Assembly: GCA_010093705.1 (NCBI GenBank)
Contig: MU006105.1
Coordinates: 411,960-475,959, forward strand
Source: Patellaria atrata CBS 101060
Taxonomy: Eukaryota
DNA: 64,000 bases
Direction: 5' to 3'
The translations under genes were made by a program, and so were the position numbers. Positions 59,673 through 64,000 of this stretch are shown piece after piece. How positions within the stretch are numbered: position 1 is the stretch's first letter; each line of letters opens with the position of its first letter. The notes under the pieces are model-generated. The model made no database searches, was not told the origin of the DNA, and was given only the letters and a program-made list of their open reading frames with translations.

Positions 59673-61041
59673 TCAACGTCCACTGGGTATACCATCCCTA
59701 GTCCAACCTTTATTTCTCATGCTCTCCTCAACTGCACTCCAGATTAGTTCCACAACTTCCCTGTCTCTCCACCGGCCATTAGGACCCTGATGCGGATTCC
59801 ACTTATCAACCTGCTGGCTGACTACTCCCCTGCCCCATCCTCTAACCGTGCTCGGTACATCTTCTCCACGCCATCCTAGATAGATGCCTAAAGCGTGACT
59901 GAAAAGTTCCGGAGCTTGGGTCCATTTGTAAGACTTAAATTGCCATGTCTGACCGGTAGTAAACACAGCAACGACTCGTTGCCAATAATCGGGCTTGAAC
60001 TGATCTGAAGAATCGACTAAAACAAAACGCATAGGACGTGAAGGATCTATAGATGGTAAGATTCGGGATATATGGAGAATATTAGCGGTATTGCTGCTTC
60101 CTGCCAATGCTGAATCCGGAGGGATGTAGACACCGTTGTCTAGAAAGGATTTGATGTTACTCATACGGAGGAGAGAAGATGCTGAAGGCGAGAGAAGGAT
60201 AATAGGTTCTGGTCGACGGCCTGGTTTCTTTAGATTCGAGACCAAGGCCGGATTACTTGAGAGCGGAGCTGAAGGAGCAGGACCAGCTCGCGCACGAGTA
60301 TGGCCTAAGAAGGCTGCAGCATTCTTTCGAATGTGAGAAAAATCCTATTAGAGTGATTAGTAGCTCTAACAAGGATAGACAATACATTGACCAGTGGAGC
60401 AGAAAGGGACGTACCGTAGGTTTAATTCCCCTAAGGATGCTGTTTCTGTCGCCCACCTTTCTCTCACCATTGTAGATCTCTTGTAATCTGGGATCTATGG
60501 ATTTGCCGACTTTCGATCCTGCTGCTCCACTCGGTATGGTGGATATACCACCGGCAGAACCGGAAGCCACATCAGCTGCGCCTGACGCCTGCGCCGACGC
60601 TTCTTCAGAAGCCAGAGCGGTTATATACTCGCTTTCGTCTGATGCACCTTCTAGCCAGGTTATCAAGTCTAACTTTTCAACAAAGACAATATTCTGGACT
60701 TTCCCGCCTGCATTTCCTGGCGCTGCCAGCTCTTCATTCAGTCTTTGTGTCGACGCGATGTAATCTGGAATCGCGACATCTTTCTTCTGCCAGGCTAGAT
60801 ATATGCTGCGAAAATCAACTGGATTTCCGGATGATATGAAGCGAGTAGGCAAATTGAGAGGAAACGATCTGTGAGTGCCATTGAGGTTGAAATGGAGATG
60901 GGTCGCTTTTGCAAGGTTCGGTTCAAGGTCATTTACCGAACTAGGGTCTTCAGAAGATGTAGTTATCGGGTGACTGTTGATAGATATGGCCTGCCGGAGG
61001 TTACAGAGGGGATCTGTTTGTGCGGTTTCGTTTGATGACAT
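59673..61041 (-). CDS. CDC73: Paf1 complex subunit Cdc73 (parafibromin)
   Basis: Exons 61041-60415 and 60344-59673. DPLCNLRQAI, DLITWLEG, PIILLSPSASSLL, NIKSFL and WQRVVAVFTTGQTWQFKSYKW. Confidence 0.95.
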
Positions 61042-61275
61042 CGTTACGGGATGTATGGAGGATTAACTGTCATTCGACGTACAAAGATTTCAGTCGAAGT
61101 CTCAGCAAGCTCCAATGCCAAGACTGATTGTGCGGAAACATTCCGCTAGCCTAATATCAGTTTCAGGCACCGTGCTCTGTAGGTAGGGTATTGATAACAA
61201 TCGAGGTTAAAGAAAGAAGAAAGAATTAATAGGACCATTTAATCAATCTATATACAGGTCGCCATACCCGTTCTC

Positions 61276-63090
61276 TCAGATGATCTCTTTTCCGTATAAC
61301 TTCTCCCAGCCACTGGCAATCTCAGCGTTAGAATCAAGTTCCAGAATTTTCCGCCTGCCATGATACACACAAATACCTTTACCTCGAGAGGGATGCTTAG
61401 GATTTAGAGGGCATAACGGACTGTTGGGAAGATGATCCGGAGTATCCCACTCAAATTGCTGGATCACATCTTCATCGATATGATCCTCGTCATCCCCATC
61501 CCCCTCATCAACCCGCATCCTAAACCAATCCTTCGCTGGTAGGGGTTTTGGCATTGATAAAGTTGCTTTGTATTCTGTCATATCTTCAAGTTCTATCGCC
61601 GGAGCTTTTTCGACGTAGCGATCTCGTGGAGGTCCTTGTGGAGTTTGTGGGCGGTCGTCAAAGAAGTACCCGCCTATCTTCCCAGTCTTACGATTGCGTA
61701 CTAGGGGTGGAGTGTTGACTCTCGTCATTTCTGGTGGACGGAAGTTAGGACCCACCTTGTTGGTTCTGTTGACGTCTGTTTTAGTACCCCTTTGTTTCTG
61801 AGTAAACTGTTCCGGTTTGTGCGTTGTACGACGAGACTTCTCGAAAATAGTAGATGGAGGCTCTCTAGAATGAGACAGCGGTGGAGTCATCGGATCCAAA
61901 AAGGTAGGTGTGACAGATCGTTTTGTTTGGGGGGTCAGTTCATCAGTTATATCTGCTGAACCAAACTGAGAGTCATTCGGAGTACTGCTAGATTCCGCTT
62001 CACTTGAGTGTGAACCCTGAAAGAACCAACGTCTGAAAGATCGCTTCGGTCTTAATTGTCCCAACTCATCATATTCCAACTCACGCCGGGGGCTTTCAGC
62101 TCTAACTGAGTGCAAAGATGTCTGACTGTGGCGGGATGAGCCCCGAGACCTATGCACTAGCTCTCTACTCGCATTTCGAAAGAAGCTCGGTCTTCCTGGG
62201 CCTGAGGAGTGAAGAGAACTCACAGAACCTCTCTTGCGGGAACACCTATGACGATTTGTTGGTTCTCGTTCCACTGGCTCTGACTTCGCGCAAGATGATA
62301 TACTAGGGCTTGGCGGTGAAGTAGAGTTCTGATCGGAATCTGGAGCATGATCAAGAGCGAACCTTGTCTGAGGACGGTTTGGCAATGATATGGAAGGTGA
62401 AGGCAATGGAGGCGGTTCCCATAGAGCGTGTTGGGCACTAGTTGAGACTCGTCTCTCCTCGAAGTCATTCACAGGGGTCAAAGGGGTTGTAGGAAAAAGT
62501 TCCGTTGTTGCGGTCTCTACCATAGGTGTTGGTGGAGGTGGAGATATGGGCAATACAGGTTCAACGGACGTGGTTGTCTCCCTTTCAATTTGCATCCTAA
62601 GGTTGCGAGAAGGTTGCTGCTCCTTTTCTAACATGTGAAATAATCGCAAATCTGGAACACCTCTCACGAGCCGTCGGGCCACAGTACTTATCGATGACGC
62701 TCCAGAAGTTCTGTGACTAGCAGCTGAGGAGCTATCCGAAGTTTGGGTATGGGTCCTTTTGACAGTGCTCCTTTTGAACGATAATGACCTGGAGAAATTT
62801 GAGGAGATTGAGCTACTTCGACGATTCAATAACTTAGAGGGGAACAATGTAGGGCGTGACAAATTATCATGCGCTTCATTTGACAATGCACTGGAATCCC
62901 CATCGTGGTTCGCATCCTGTAGTGCGACTTGATTCGTGGTTTGACGTCCTGGTGACAATGGTATAGGTGAGATGACCCTATCGTTATGAGTTATCCCTTC
63001 ACGGGTACTGCGTCCAGAGAGTCCTTGCGAGGTTCTATGTTGGATTTCGGCTGCGTTTTCGTAGCTTGGTGCTAATGTATCGTACGACAT
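61276..63090 (-). CDS. Hypothetical S/P-rich protein (604 aa) with a C-terminal Cys/His motif
   Basis: Long intronless ORF ending in PDHLPNSPLCPLNPKH...GICVYHGR. Confidence 0.75.
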   Translation of the reverse strand: MSYDTLAPSYENAAEIQHRTSQGLSGRSTREGITHNDRVISPIPLSPGRQTTNQVALQDANHDGDSSALSNEAHDNLSRPTLFPSKLLNRRSSSISSNFSRSLSFKRSTVKRTHTQTSDSSSAASHRTSGASSISTVARRLVRGVPDLRLFHMLEKEQQPSRNLRMQIERETTTSVEPVLPISPPPPTPMVETATTELFPTTPLTPVNDFEERRVSTSAQHALWEPPPLPSPSISLPNRPQTRFALDHAPDSDQNSTSPPSPSISSCAKSEPVEREPTNRHRCSRKRGSVSSLHSSGPGRPSFFRNASRELVHRSRGSSRHSQTSLHSVRAESPRRELEYDELGQLRPKRSFRRWFFQGSHSSEAESSSTPNDSQFGSADITDELTPQTKRSVTPTFLDPMTPPLSHSREPPSTIFEKSRRTTHKPEQFTQKQRGTKTDVNRTNKVGPNFRPPEMTRVNTPPLVRNRKTGKIGGYFFDDRPQTPQGPPRDRYVEKAPAIELEDMTEYKATLSMPKPLPAKDWFRMRVDEGDGDDEDHIDEDVIQQFEWDTPDHLPNSPLCPLNPKHPSRGKGICVYHGRRKILELDSNAEIASGWEKLYGKEII

Positions 63091-64000
63091 TCGGGAGCAA
63101 ACAGGTTTCCTTCAGTGAGGTGTATATGTGCGGATAGAGTGCGAAAAGGGGCGGAGGGGCTTGAGTCATACTCGGAATAAGGATATTGTCAAAGGGAGCA
63201 ATGTAAACAAAAGGAATTGTGGATTTAAGTTATAAGGATGCTTGTAACAAGGTATCCGACACTGGACGGCTCCATGTGGAGGGAAGTTACAGAAGCAAGA
63301 GGCAACCCGAATATCGGTTTAAGAAGGCGCCAAACGGCGTAAGGAAGAGCATACGCCTGATAAAAAAAAATCACGGCTACTTTGTAAAAAAGCGTTCTGA
63401 GGTATCCCTTAGGTCCTTGCGCAGCAACACACTTAGATATTATTTCCTAAAATCTCTACTCCCTTCGTAGATAATGACTCAGACTAGACAGATACCCGCA
63501 AGTCGTACCAAGGCCTTTTTTGGTACAGGCCTTAAGGAGATACAGATAGATTTGATCTAACGTTGCGTGCGTAAGTGTACAGCAAGTGTGTAGCAAATGA
63601 GTAGGGTCAATCAAGAAGAGGAATGAGGAAGAGGGCTTGAAAAGGGATTGTGTTGGTCAAGTAATATAAGCGTTTAATTTTCGAAAATTTCCGGAGCTGC
63701 GTTTTAGGAAAAGGAGCCCGCAGGAAACTTCGACGTTAGGTACTATGTATCAAGAGAGCCATCCAGTCGTACCCCATGCAATCATAAATCAACTCGAACT
63801 CCAGTGCACAATCCGGCTGTCCAGCATTCTCCCTAATGTATAGTAAGGAAAAAGTGAATATTATCTCAGTTCTCTAAGACAACACGCACGAGATCTAAGA
63901 GATAATATTAGCATATCTCATGAAATTCTCAATGATACTGAATCGGCTCACCATTATAATTGATCTCCCCGCTACTTGTATCGACGGCTTTTAAAAGCTC

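Noticed and set aside
5772..62638. Numerous short antisense or alternate-frame ORFs overlapping the called genes
   Set aside because: Shadow ORFs of real CDSs, lacking motifs or independent evidence.
1..64000. Starship element, secondary-metabolite cluster, tRNA or rRNA genes
   Set aside because: No tyrosine-recombinase captain, PKS/NRPS/terpene synthase or recognisable structural RNA signature was seen. Neighbouring enzymes (RpiB, Fe-ADH, DHCR24-like, GH47) are interspersed with housekeeping genes and form no evident pathway.

Overview
Genomic DNA from a filamentous ascomycete, inferred from GT-AG introns with CTRAC/CTAAT branch sites, a Zn2Cys6 transcription factor, a HET-domain gene and RIP-like mutations. 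About 20 protein-coding genes are recognisable: MOB3/phocein, a GH72 with an unusual transmembrane tail, HET, Ctf1alpha/FarA, NUDIX, RpiB, Hos3, Fe-ADH, bZIP, a CoA-binding protein, a DHCR24-like oxidoreductase, GH47, AN1 zinc finger, Csm1, ATP19, MTP18, CDC73 and several hypotheticals. The first ~16 kb is rich in transposons. It holds a complete 4.15 kb hAT element (8-bp TSD) that carries a second, convergent DUF3716-like Cys-rich gene and has been hit by one 5'-truncated LINE and two solo LTRs, plus a DD37E Tc1-like element. The most striking signal is the palindrome CGTACG, which occurs 19 times at fairly even spacing across the hAT element, including inside both coding regions, and is absent from the nested inserts. 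Together with the cargo gene this suggests a transposon-encoded protein and motif self-recognition system (hypothesis). All family calls come from recognising motifs by eye; no database searches were run.
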